From NCBI GenBank assembly GCA_051884915.1, contig JBJEWF010000022.1, positions 13,628 through 77,627 on the forward strand: 64,000 bases of DNA, read 5' to 3'. A program made the translations under genes and the position numbers. Position 1 is the stretch's first letter; every line of letters starts with the position of its first letter. The stretch is from Kiritimatiellia bacterium. Its GTDB lineage: Bacteria > Verrucomicrobiota > Kiritimatiellia > RFP12 > UBA1067. The notes under the pieces were generated by a model. That model ran no database searches. It saw nothing but the letters and a program-made list of their open reading frames with translations, and was not told where the DNA came from. Shown one piece after another: positions 17,083 through 25,389 of this stretch.

Positions 17083-17200
17083 ACGACCGTTCAATTCCTC
17101 AAGGGTTCGACACGTGTCGTCGGTTGGTCCCATGCCGGGTGGCAGGACTGTCGTCGACGGGGCGTCCGAGGGGGTTTTGAAATTACCTCATAAACGTTGA

Positions 17201-19750
17201 ATGGAGTGGTTGGCGATGGCGAACAGGATTCTGCCGCAGGGGACTCTTCTCATTTCAGCACTGGCGCTTGGCGTGCCACTGTTCGCGTCGGCGGACTATA
17301 TCACGCTGACGGCGTTTGACACGGTGGGCCAGACATCGTTTACGGAGGGAACGCGTTGGTCTGACGGACAGGTTCCGTCCGCCGACAAGGACTACCTGGT
17401 CGCGATTCCCGGACGTGAGGATGCGCAGATCCGCACGCCGGACACGGGGGATGCGTCGAAGGCCTACACGTTCGCCGGCCGTTCGCTGACGATCGGCACG
17501 CGCGTCGGTATCGTGGGGGACGCAGATGTCGCCGGCTACTATCTGTCCAAGACGGTCAACGGCAAGATCACGACGCCGGATCTGCGTCTTGTCAACGGGG
17601 TCTATTGGCTGGGGACGGACGGAAACCACTACCACAACGGTACGATCACGGTCCTGTCGCCCGAAGAGAACCCGTTCCTTCTCCAGCCCAGACCGAGCGG
17701 GACGCGCAATATCCATTTTGGGGCGTCCTTCAAGGGGGCGGCGGGTACGGGATTGAAGATCAGCGAGGGCCGCTGCTACCTGAATGGCCAGAGCCCTGAG
17801 TTTCTGGGGCGTCTGCGGGTCGACACGGGCGCGACCGTCACGTTCAACAACGCCGACGCCCTGGGCGGCGTGCGTCCCGACTACGATCCGGACGCGCTTC
17901 TGCTCGACAGGGGGCGGATCGTCTACAACGGCTCCGACAATGCGGAGCTGGGCGCGAGCCGGAACGTTGGCGTGACGGTGACGGCCAATGGCGGCGAGAT
18001 CGGCGTCAACCAGACGTTGAAGTTCACGGCAACGGTGACGGGGGCGGGCGTTCTCGCGCGTAGGGACACTGCGCCTTGCACGTTCGACTGCTGGGGGACC
18101 TTGTCCAACGCCGGCGGCTTCGTCCACGACAGCCCCGGGTATTTCAAGGCCAATACGACGGCGTCGTTTGCGCCGGACTGCGCGCTCGTCATGTCGAACG
18201 GCTTCGTCACCGCCGGTGCGACGGGCGCCTACACCTTCACGAACCGCGTCGTCTTCGCGGGCGGCGGCATCTCGGGCGGTGGCTCGGTGGGGACCGACGG
18301 AACCGTCTCCCCCCATTCGATCATCCGTTTCGACGGTCCGCTCGAAATCCTGAAACCGATTCGTCTCGCGCTTCGCGACTTCCCGTCCGGCGCCTACACG
18401 CACGACACGCTCTTCCCGCTGGCGGAGATTCCGTCCTCGGTCCGCGTCGTGACGGCGGCGGACTTCGAGCTCGCTTTCAGCCGGGGGGCGGTGAACTGGT
18501 GTGGGTTGCCGCGGAATTCCGAGGTCGTGGTGACGACCGCGGCGGACGGCCTGCAGACGGTGTGCGTGCGTTTTGACCCGATTGTCTACAACAGCACGAC
18601 GGCGAATCCCAGCTACTTCACGTCGGCGGGCCACTGGTCCGACGGCCAGGCCGCGCATGCGGGGGCCGACTACGTCGTCCGCAACTACGATGTCCGGCAG
18701 TGCGACAATTCCGCGGTGACGGCGACCTACACGTTCCCGGGCGAATCGCTGAGCCTTCTGGGCGACAATGGCACGGCGCATGGCTATGTGATCAAGCAGC
18801 GAACGGTCACGTTCTCCGAACTTCGCGTCTACGACTATTCGTACATTTCGATTGGCGGCCATGACGGATCGCAGGGAGAGACGCAGACCCTGAAGGCGGA
18901 CCGGATTGTCGTCTCGACGTCGCAAAGAGGCAACTCCGGCTTCTCTTTCCTGGGCTCGCAGAATCGCCTCGCCATCATCGCCGCGCCATTCACCGGAACC
19001 TGCTGCATCCGCTACTCGGGCTGCCGGTTCCGTCCCCTGCAGGACAACTCCGGGTTCACGGGGGCCGTCCAGCTGGCGGGCGAGGCGACCCTCGAATTCT
19101 CGGACGAGACGAATCTCGGCGGCAATCCTCCCGCCTTCGACGCCACGGCGGTCGAGATGACGGCGGGGAGTGTCCTGTGTCCGCTCGCGAGCTGCACGCT
19201 GGACGATTCCAACCGCGGTCTGACCTCCTCCGACTCCGTCATCGAGGTGAACGAGGGACTTGAGCTGACGACGCAGCTGAAGATCAGTCTGCTTGCGAGT
19301 TCCTCCATCAAGAAGCGGGGTGCCGGCACGTGGGCGCTCGGCGGTTCCGTCACGTCCTCCGGCACGGTGTCCATCGAGGCGGGCACGCTGAAGGCAATCG
19401 CGTCGAACGCCGTGCAGAACGCGAATCTCGCCTTTGCGGATGGTGCGAAGTTCGCCATTGGTCCGGAAGTCGGAGCGCTGGGCCTCGTCGCCGTGAAGAC
19501 CTTCACCGTGGCGGGCGCGACGCTTCCCGTGACGGTGACGCCGCCGGCGGGCGAGCCGGCCGTCTACGAGCAGCCGCTCTTCACGGTGGCGGCGGAGAAT
19601 GCGGACGCCCTCGCCGGGAAGCTCGCAGTGGCAAAGCCGAAGGGATATCGGGTGGAGATCCTGAAGACGGCGACGACAGTCGGTTCAACCGCCGCGGTGA
19701 CCCTCACGGCGAAATTCGCGCAAGACGGTTTCACCATCCTCCTCCGCTGA
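17201..19750 (+). CDS. large secreted surface protein with autotransporter-associated beta-strand repeats (no barrel, no PEP-CTERM seen)
   Basis: Signal-peptide-like ILPQGTLLISALALGVPLFASA. KKRGAGTWALGGSVTSSGTVSIEAGTLKA matches the GxGTLxLxG...G.L repeat. Thr/Gly/Ala/Val-rich and beta-helix-like throughout. ATG 17216 is an alternative start. Confidence 0.8.
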   Translation: MEWLAMANRILPQGTLLISALALGVPLFASADYITLTAFDTVGQTSFTEGTRWSDGQVPSADKDYLVAIPGREDAQIRTPDTGDASKAYTFAGRSLTIGTRVGIVGDADVAGYYLSKTVNGKITTPDLRLVNGVYWLGTDGNHYHNGTITVLSPEENPFLLQPRPSGTRNIHFGASFKGAAGTGLKISEGRCYLNGQSPEFLGRLRVDTGATVTFNNADALGGVRPDYDPDALLLDRGRIVYNGSDNAELGASRNVGVTVTANGGEIGVNQTLKFTATVTGAGVLARRDTAPCTFDCWGTLSNAGGFVHDSPGYFKANTTASFAPDCALVMSNGFVTAGATGAYTFTNRVVFAGGGISGGGSVGTDGTVSPHSIIRFDGPLEILKPIRLALRDFPSGAYTHDTLFPLAEIPSSVRVVTAADFELAFSRGAVNWCGLPRNSEVVVTTAADGLQTVCVRFDPIVYNSTTANPSYFTSAGHWSDGQAAHAGADYVVRNYDVRQCDNSAVTATYTFPGESLSLLGDNGTAHGYVIKQRTVTFSELRVYDYSYISIGGHDGSQGETQTLKADRIVVSTSQRGNSGFSFLGSQNRLAIIAAPFTGTCCIRYSGCRFRPLQDNSGFTGAVQLAGEATLEFSDETNLGGNPPAFDATAVEMTAGSVLCPLASCTLDDSNRGLTSSDSVIEVNEGLELTTQLKISLLASSSIKKRGAGTWALGGSVTSSGTVSIEAGTLKAIASNAVQNANLAFADGAKFAIGPEVGALGLVAVKTFTVAGATLPVTVTPPAGEPAVYEQPLFTVAAENADALAGKLAVAKPKGYRVEILKTATTVGSTAAVTLTAKFAQDGFTILLR

Positions 19751-19882
19751 GCGCATCGCGCGCGGCCCGGATGCCGTCCTGCTGCCGTTCCCCGTGCGGT
19801 TGCCTTCCGTTGGTTGACGCCCGTGTCGCGTGGCACGGAGACGGGCGTGAAAGCGCTTTTCCCTTCCTCTGGCCGGAAACGA

Positions 19883-19920
19883 CGCCCGCACCCCTGATTC
19901 CATTGGGTGCGGGCGATTTC
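19883..19920 (+). terminator. 11-bp GC hairpin plus ATTTC after the 849-aa gene
   Basis: cgcccgcaccc-ctgattccatt-gggtgcgggcg then atttc. Two more hairpins follow: gaaaccgg/ccggtttc at 19929-19954 and ccccgc/gcgggg at 19961-19974. Confidence 0.4.
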
Positions 19921-19977
19921 AGGGGGCAGAAACCGGGAATCTTCCACCGGTTTCCATTTGCCCCGCGGGCGGGGACT

Positions 19978-19986
19978 TGATACAAT
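19978..19986 (+). promoter_or_regulatory. extended -10 promoter element TGATACAAT upstream of thiF
   Basis: Lies 40 nt upstream of ATG 20027; the leader contains GGCGGGGA as an SD-like element. Confidence 0.45.
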
Positions 19987-20026
19987 GGGAAACCATCCGC
20001 GAGTCGGGGAAATCGAGGCGGGGAAA

Positions 20027-20626
20027 ATGGGCTGCAATCCTTATCTGACGGAAATCGAAAGGGACGTTCTGGAACGCGCCCGCATCGGCATCGCCGGCGC
20101 GGGGGGGCTGGGGTCCAACTGCGCCATGCACCTCGTCCGCGCGGGCGTGAAGAAATTCGTCATCTGCGATTTCGACGTGGTCAACGCGTCCAATCTGAAT
20201 CGGCAGTTCTTCTTCCGGGACCAGATCGGGCGGAAGAAGGTCGAGGCGCTGGGGGAGAATCTGCGCCGCATCGAGCCTGATCTGGAACTCGATCTCCGCG
20301 ACGTCGAATTGGATGCCGCGTCCGTGGCGGACGTCTTTTCCGCCTGCGATATCGTCGTCGAGGCATTCGACAACGCCCGCGCCAAGGCCATGCTGCTGGC
20401 CGCGTTGATTCCGGCGGGACGGACGGTTGTCGCGGCGAGCGGCCTGGCGGGGTGGGGGCGCAGCCGGCAGATCGGACTGCGGCGCATGGGCCGCAACCTG
20501 GTGATGGTCGGGGATGGCGCGGCGGAGGTCTGCGCGGAGCGGGCGCCCGTGAGTCCCCGGGTCGGAATCGCGGCGGCCATGGAGGCCAATTCCGTGGTCG
20601 CGCTGCTCCTGGGGAAGGAACTTTGA
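20027..20626 (+). CDS. thiF: ThiF-family adenylyltransferase (short form)
   Basis: IGIAGAGGLGSNCAMHLVRAGV (GxGxxG), NLNRQFFF, and thiD directly downstream. Start at MGCNPYL. Confidence 0.8.
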   Translation: MGCNPYLTEIERDVLERARIGIAGAGGLGSNCAMHLVRAGVKKFVICDFDVVNASNLNRQFFFRDQIGRKKVEALGENLRRIEPDLELDLRDVELDAASVADVFSACDIVVEAFDNARAKAMLLAALIPAGRTVVAASGLAGWGRSRQIGLRRMGRNLVMVGDGAAEVCAERAPVSPRVGIAAAMEANSVVALLLGKEL

Positions 20627-20629
20627 CGC

Positions 20630-21454
20630 ATGGAGACGGAAATCGAACGCTGCGTGCTGACGGTCGCCGGGAGCGATTCGGGGGGCAATGCCGGCATCCA
20701 GGCCGATTTGCGGGCGTTCCACCGCTACGGACTCCACGGGTGCACGGTTCTGGCCGCGTTGACGGCCCAGAACCCCTTTGCCGTGACGGCCATCCATCCG
20801 GTCCCCGCCGACTTCGTGGCGGCCCAGCTGGACGCCGTGCTGGGCGTCTACAAGATCGCCGCGGCCAAGACCGGCATGCTGTCCGACCCCGCCGTGATCG
20901 AGATCGTCGCCGACCGGTTGCGCGGGCATCCCGAAATCGCGGTGGTGGTCGATCCGGTGATGGTGGCGACCAGCGGCGCGCGTCTGGCGTCGCCGGCCGC
21001 CGTGGCGGCGCTTGCGGACCGGCTGCTGCCGCAGGCGACGCTGATGACGCCCAATCTGCCGGAAGCCGAAATGCTGTGCGGGCGGGACGTCGCCGATCCG
21101 GACGCGCGCCGGGACGGAAGCGTCGCGCGGGCCGGGGATCTGGCGCGGCGGCTCTTTGACCGCTGGGGACGCGCCGTTCTGGTCAAGGGCGGACATGGCG
21201 CGGACGCGTCCGCGGTCGACGTGCTCTTCGACGGCCGCGAGCTCCAGTCCTTCGCGCTGCCCCGGATCGCCCATCCCGTCTCGACGCACGGCACGGGATG
21301 TTCGCTGGGCGCCGCGCTGGCGGCGGAACTGGCGTTGGGGCGGAGTCTGGCCATGGCCGTCAAGGGGGCCAAGGCCTACGTCCACGGCGCAATCGCCAAC
21401 GGCTATTGGGTGGGTGAAAACTGCGGCGTCCTTGGTCTGCCGGAAAGGAAATGA
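20630..21454 (+). CDS. thiD: hydroxymethylpyrimidine/phosphomethylpyrimidine kinase
   Basis: LTVAGSDSGGNAGIQADLRAF, KTGML, VVDPVMVATSG, THGTGCSL motifs. Confidence 0.9.
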   Translation: METEIERCVLTVAGSDSGGNAGIQADLRAFHRYGLHGCTVLAALTAQNPFAVTAIHPVPADFVAAQLDAVLGVYKIAAAKTGMLSDPAVIEIVADRLRGHPEIAVVVDPVMVATSGARLASPAAVAALADRLLPQATLMTPNLPEAEMLCGRDVADPDARRDGSVARAGDLARRLFDRWGRAVLVKGGHGADASAVDVLFDGRELQSFALPRIAHPVSTHGTGCSLGAALAAELALGRSLAMAVKGAKAYVHGAIANGYWVGENCGVLGLPERK

Positions 21455-21465
21455 CGGGAGCGGTG

Positions 21466-21981
21466 ATGAGAATTGCGTTTTTAAGCGACATCCATGGCGT
21501 TCCTTCGGCGCTGGAGGCGGCGCTGAAGGTCATCGAGACGCTGAAGCCCGACCGGATCGCGTTGCTCGGCGATCTGCTGTACCACGGTCCGCGCAACGGG
21601 GTGCCGAATTTCTACGATCCCGTGCAAGTGGCCCGGACGCTCAACGGCCTCAAGGACCGTCTGATCGCCGTGCGCGGCAACTGCGACGCCGAGGTCGACC
21701 AGATGATGTTCGAGTTCCCCATGATGGCGGACTACGCGCTGCTGGACGCGGGCACGGAGCGGTTCTTTCTCACGCATGGCCACCTGTGGAACGAGCGGAA
21801 CCTGCCGCCCCTGGGCACGGGGACGGTTCTTGTCCATGGGCACACCCATGTTCCGGAATTGAAAAAACTGGACTGCGGCCTTTCGATTTTCAACCCGGGG
21901 TCGGTTTCCCTGCCCAAGGGCGGCTCGTCCCGCTCGTTCGGCTTCTTCGACGGGCGGGAGCTGAAGCATTACGCGATCTGA
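21466..21981 (+). CDS. YfcE/MJ0936-type metallophosphoesterase
   Basis: MRIAFLSDIHG, GDLLYHGPRN, VRGNCD, LTHGH, VHGHTH motifs. ATG 21451 (ATGA overlap with the thiD stop) is an alternative start. Confidence 0.8.
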   Translation: MRIAFLSDIHGVPSALEAALKVIETLKPDRIALLGDLLYHGPRNGVPNFYDPVQVARTLNGLKDRLIAVRGNCDAEVDQMMFEFPMMADYALLDAGTERFFLTHGHLWNERNLPPLGTGTVLVHGHTHVPELKKLDCGLSIFNPGSVSLPKGGSSRSFGFFDGRELKHYAI

Positions 21982-22113
21982 CGGCTTCCGGGCGCGCCAG
22001 GCGTCCGGGAAGGCGAAATTTCCGGACGGATGGAGCCGTGCCGTAAGAACGGCCGGACGGGAATCGTTCTTCCGGTCGGGACATACGGACAAGATCAAGC
22101 GAAACGGGAGAAA

Positions 22114-25100
22114 ATGGCAGGACGACTCGACGTTTTCTGGAGCGACCGGCTGGAACTTCTGGCCGAAGGGCTGTTCGCGTGCTGGGAAGAGGGCACTTCG
22201 GACGACCCTTTTGCCCGCATCTGCATCGTGGTCGGCGACATGTCGACGCGCGATTGGCTCAAGCGCCATTTCCTTCTCCGCCACCGCCCGGGGAAGCGGC
22301 GGATTCTCGCCAACGTCGATTTCAAGCCGTTGGCGGAGTTCGTGAACGATTGGCTGGCGGCGATGACGGGAGGGGATGGGAAGCGGCGCAATCCGGGTGA
22401 GCATCCGTATTCCCGGGGCGTGATGGCATGGCGCATCGACGCCATCCTGAGGGTCCATGCCGACGATCCCGATCTGGCCGTGCTCGCGAACTACGTCGCG
22501 GGTCCCGACGGGGCCGGTTGCGAAAAACGCCGGTTCGAGCTGGCGACCCGGCTGGCGCAGATGTACGACGACTATCTGGGCTCCCGCCACCAGGTGCTGG
22601 TCGACTGGGAGCGGGCGCTGCCGGGCGGACGGGACCGTTGGCAGGCCGCCCTCTACCGGCTGCTGGTGGCGGAGGACGGCGAGACCTACGCCCGGGACTA
22701 CGCGACGGTCCTGGACGGGGACGCGGACGCCGCGCGGGCCTTCGGGAACGGCTTCTGCCGCTACGACGCCGTGCACGTGTTCGATGTCGCCAGTGCGCCG
22801 AGTCCCTATCTGCGGATGCTGCAGAAGATTTCGCAGGTCCTGCCCGTCCTGTTCTGGAATTTCAATCCCTCGCGGGCCTACTGGCTGGACGATCCGGCGC
22901 GGCGGGAGCGGAAACGCCTGTTCGCGCGTCGGCTGGCCGAGGCGCTGCAACGCGGCGGCACGCTTCCCGAACCGGACGACGAGCAGATGTTCGAGACGCC
23001 CGAGGCAAAGCTGCTGGGCGCCCTGGCGACGGGCGCGCGCGGCGTGCTGTCCGCGCAATTGGACATGGACGAAAACGGCTGCCAGTGGCTGGGCGACCCG
23101 GCGGCGCCCGATTTTTCGTCGCTGCGCGCCGTGTCCGCCGAAGTGCACGCGTGCCATTCCCCGCGCCGGGAGCTGGAGTCCGCCCGCGACGCGCTCCACC
23201 GGTTCTTTGCCGGCCATCCGGACGCGCGGCTTGGCGACGCGCTCGTCCTGTGCACGGACTGGGCGGCCTATTCGCCTTTGGTGGAGCCGGTCTTCGGTTC
23301 GCCCGGCTCGTCGGGCGCGGCCATTCCCGTGTCTCTCGCCAGGGGCGTCCGGGAGGAAACGCCCATTGTCCGCTCGTTCAAGGACTTGCTGGCGTTTCGC
23401 GACAACCGGTTCGAGGTCGATGCCGTCTTCGCGCTTCTGGCGGTTCCCGCCATCCGCGCCAGATTCTCGATCGACCCGGACGGCGTGTCGACGCTGCGCG
23501 AGATGGTCCGGGCGAGCGCCATCCGGTGGGGGTATGACGACGCGGACGTCCAGGCGGCGGTGGGGCTTCCCGGGCAGACGGCGGGCTTCGCCTTCACGTG
23601 GCGCCGCGGTTTGGACAGGTTTGTGCTCGACGCGCTTTACGGTCCCCGCGCGGACGCACGGGAGCTCGTGGACGCGGGCGCGCTGGGGCGTCTGCTGCCG
23701 GTCGGGCAGGTCGAGTCGGAACGGGCCCGTCTGGTCGGGGCCTTGAACGCCTTCGTTCGGCAGCTGGCGCGTCTGCGGGCTTTTCTGCGGGACCGCCATG
23801 GCGCCGAGACGTGGCGCCGGCGGCTGCTGGAGACGATTGACGATTTCTACGCGCCGGAGAAGGACGAGTTGCCGGAACTGGCGTCGTTGCGGCGGGCCGT
23901 CGATTCCGCCGTGAACGCCATCGTGATCGCGAAGCGCGTGTCGAAATGCGGCATCGACGGCGTTTCGGGCGAGCTGATGTGCGAAAACGTCCTGGCCGGC
24001 GTGAAGCTGGAGTCCCGGCGGCTGCCGGCGGAAGGGGACGCGGTCCATTTCGCCCCCCTGCAGATCGGCTCGGCGGTGCCCGCCCGGTTCGTGTGGATCT
24101 GCGGCCTTTCCGACGGCGCGTTTCCGCGGATGGAGTATCGCCCCTCCTTCGATCTGATCGGCCGCCACCCCACCTGGTTCGACGTCTGCGGCCGGGAGCG
24201 CGACACGCTGTCGCTGCTGAAGGCCGCGCTTGGCGCGCGCGACGTCCTGGCGTTCAGCTATGTGGGGCGCGACGTCCGCTCCAACGAGAAGCTGCCGGCC
24301 GCGGTTCCGCTGATGGACCTCCTCGACTGGTTTCGCGCCAGCGGCAAGGAGGTGCCGCGCTACGACCATCCCCTCCAGGCCTACAGCGCCCGCTATTTTG
24401 CCGCCCAGGAGGATGCCGCCTCGCCGTTGCCGCCGAACTACTCGGCCGCCGACCGGGCCGTCGCCGCGGCCCTGCGGGAAAAGGCGCGCGCGGCGGCGGC
24501 CGTCGCCGCGGACGGCGGCCTGGCGCCGTTCGTCCTCGCCCCGTCCGGGGAGACGCGCATTGCCGTCGACGAGCTGGCGCGGTTCTATGCGCGGCCCCAC
24601 CGTTTCCTTGCGCGCGAACGGCTGGGCGTCCGGCTGTCGCGGCCCGAATACGACCGGCTGGAGGCTGTCGACGAGCTTGTTCCCGTTCTGCCCGGGGACC
24701 TCGCGTGCGACATCCTGCTGCGCGGCAGCGGGGAACGGGACGTCGCTCGGGAAGCCGAACGGCTGACGGAAGAAGGGCATCCCTTTTCCGCCGCCGCGCT
24801 GGCGGAGGCGATTGCGGCGCGGGCCGAGGAGACGGCGGCCTGCCGACAGCGGCCGCTTCGCTTCACGAAATCGGAAAACGAGGGGTTTGAATGCGTGGAC
24901 ATGACGGTGACGGAGGCTTTCGTCCGTTTTGAAGAGGCGGCCGTTCCCGTGGACTATGGCGTCCGTCTTGACGTCGACGGGCATCCCGTCGTCTTGAACG
25001 GCGTCCGTCCGGAGATTCCGCTGAACGTGTCCCCCGCCGGCCAGCGGACCCATGTCTTTTTCTTTTCCCCCTATTCGGACATCTATCCCGCGCTGTACGT

Positions 25101-25389
25101 CGACGCGTGGATCCGGCATCTGGCGGGCCATGCGGCGGGCGGCGCGTTCGTCACGGTGCTGTTTTGCGCGAAGGATGGGCCCGCCCGGACGTTCCGGCCG
25201 GTCGACGGCGCGCGCGCCAGGGAACTGCTGGCGGAAATCGTCCGGCAGGCGACGCGTCCGATGGTCTGCGATCCGGTTGCGGCGCGCAACGCCAAGAAGG
25301 ACGAACTGCCGGCGGAATTTGCGGCGGTTGTCGACGGCTACAAGGCGCAAATCGTCAGCACGCGCGGAAAGCGGCGAGGTGACGCATGA
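22114..25389 (+). CDS. recC: exodeoxyribonuclease V gamma subunit RecC
   Basis: About 1090 aa. N-terminus LDVFWSDRLELLAEGLF is RecC-like, and the gene lies directly upstream of and overlaps recB. GGGAG SD before ATG 22114. Confidence 0.85.
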   Translation: MAGRLDVFWSDRLELLAEGLFACWEEGTSDDPFARICIVVGDMSTRDWLKRHFLLRHRPGKRRILANVDFKPLAEFVNDWLAAMTGGDGKRRNPGEHPYSRGVMAWRIDAILRVHADDPDLAVLANYVAGPDGAGCEKRRFELATRLAQMYDDYLGSRHQVLVDWERALPGGRDRWQAALYRLLVAEDGETYARDYATVLDGDADAARAFGNGFCRYDAVHVFDVASAPSPYLRMLQKISQVLPVLFWNFNPSRAYWLDDPARRERKRLFARRLAEALQRGGTLPEPDDEQMFETPEAKLLGALATGARGVLSAQLDMDENGCQWLGDPAAPDFSSLRAVSAEVHACHSPRRELESARDALHRFFAGHPDARLGDALVLCTDWAAYSPLVEPVFGSPGSSGAAIPVSLARGVREETPIVRSFKDLLAFRDNRFEVDAVFALLAVPAIRARFSIDPDGVSTLREMVRASAIRWGYDDADVQAAVGLPGQTAGFAFTWRRGLDRFVLDALYGPRADARELVDAGALGRLLPVGQVESERARLVGALNAFVRQLARLRAFLRDRHGAETWRRRLLETIDDFYAPEKDELPELASLRRAVDSAVNAIVIAKRVSKCGIDGVSGELMCENVLAGVKLESRRLPAEGDAVHFAPLQIGSAVPARFVWICGLSDGAFPRMEYRPSFDLIGRHPTWFDVCGRERDTLSLLKAALGARDVLAFSYVGRDVRSNEKLPAAVPLMDLLDWFRASGKEVPRYDHPLQAYSARYFAAQEDAASPLPPNYSAADRAVAAALREKARAAAAVAADGGLAPFVLAPSGETRIAVDELARFYARPHRFLARERLGVRLSRPEYDRLEAVDELVPVLPGDLACDILLRGSGERDVAREAERLTEEGHPFSAAALAEAIAARAEETAACRQRPLRFTKSENEGFECVDMTVTEAFVRFEEAAVPVDYGVRLDVDGHPVVLNGVRPEIPLNVSPAGQRTHVFFFSPYSDIYPALYVDAWIRHLAGHAAGGAFVTVLFCAKDGPARTFRPVDGARARELLAEIVRQATRPMVCDPVAARNAKKDELPAEFAAVVDGYKAQIVSTRGKRRGDA

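Noticed and set aside
16960-17200. AT-rich stretch as a replication origin or DnaA-box cluster.
   Set aside because: Only loose TGTGGAATA-like matches are present. There is no cluster of TTATCCACA boxes, no dnaA/dnaN nearby, and gene orientation does not switch here.
19883-20026. TPP riboswitch upstream of thiF/thiD.
   Set aside because: Only a CCTGAT fragment is present. The CTGAGA and GGATAATGCC-type conserved cores are missing, and the candidate -10 element lies downstream of the hairpins. See the corresponding finding for the decisive test.
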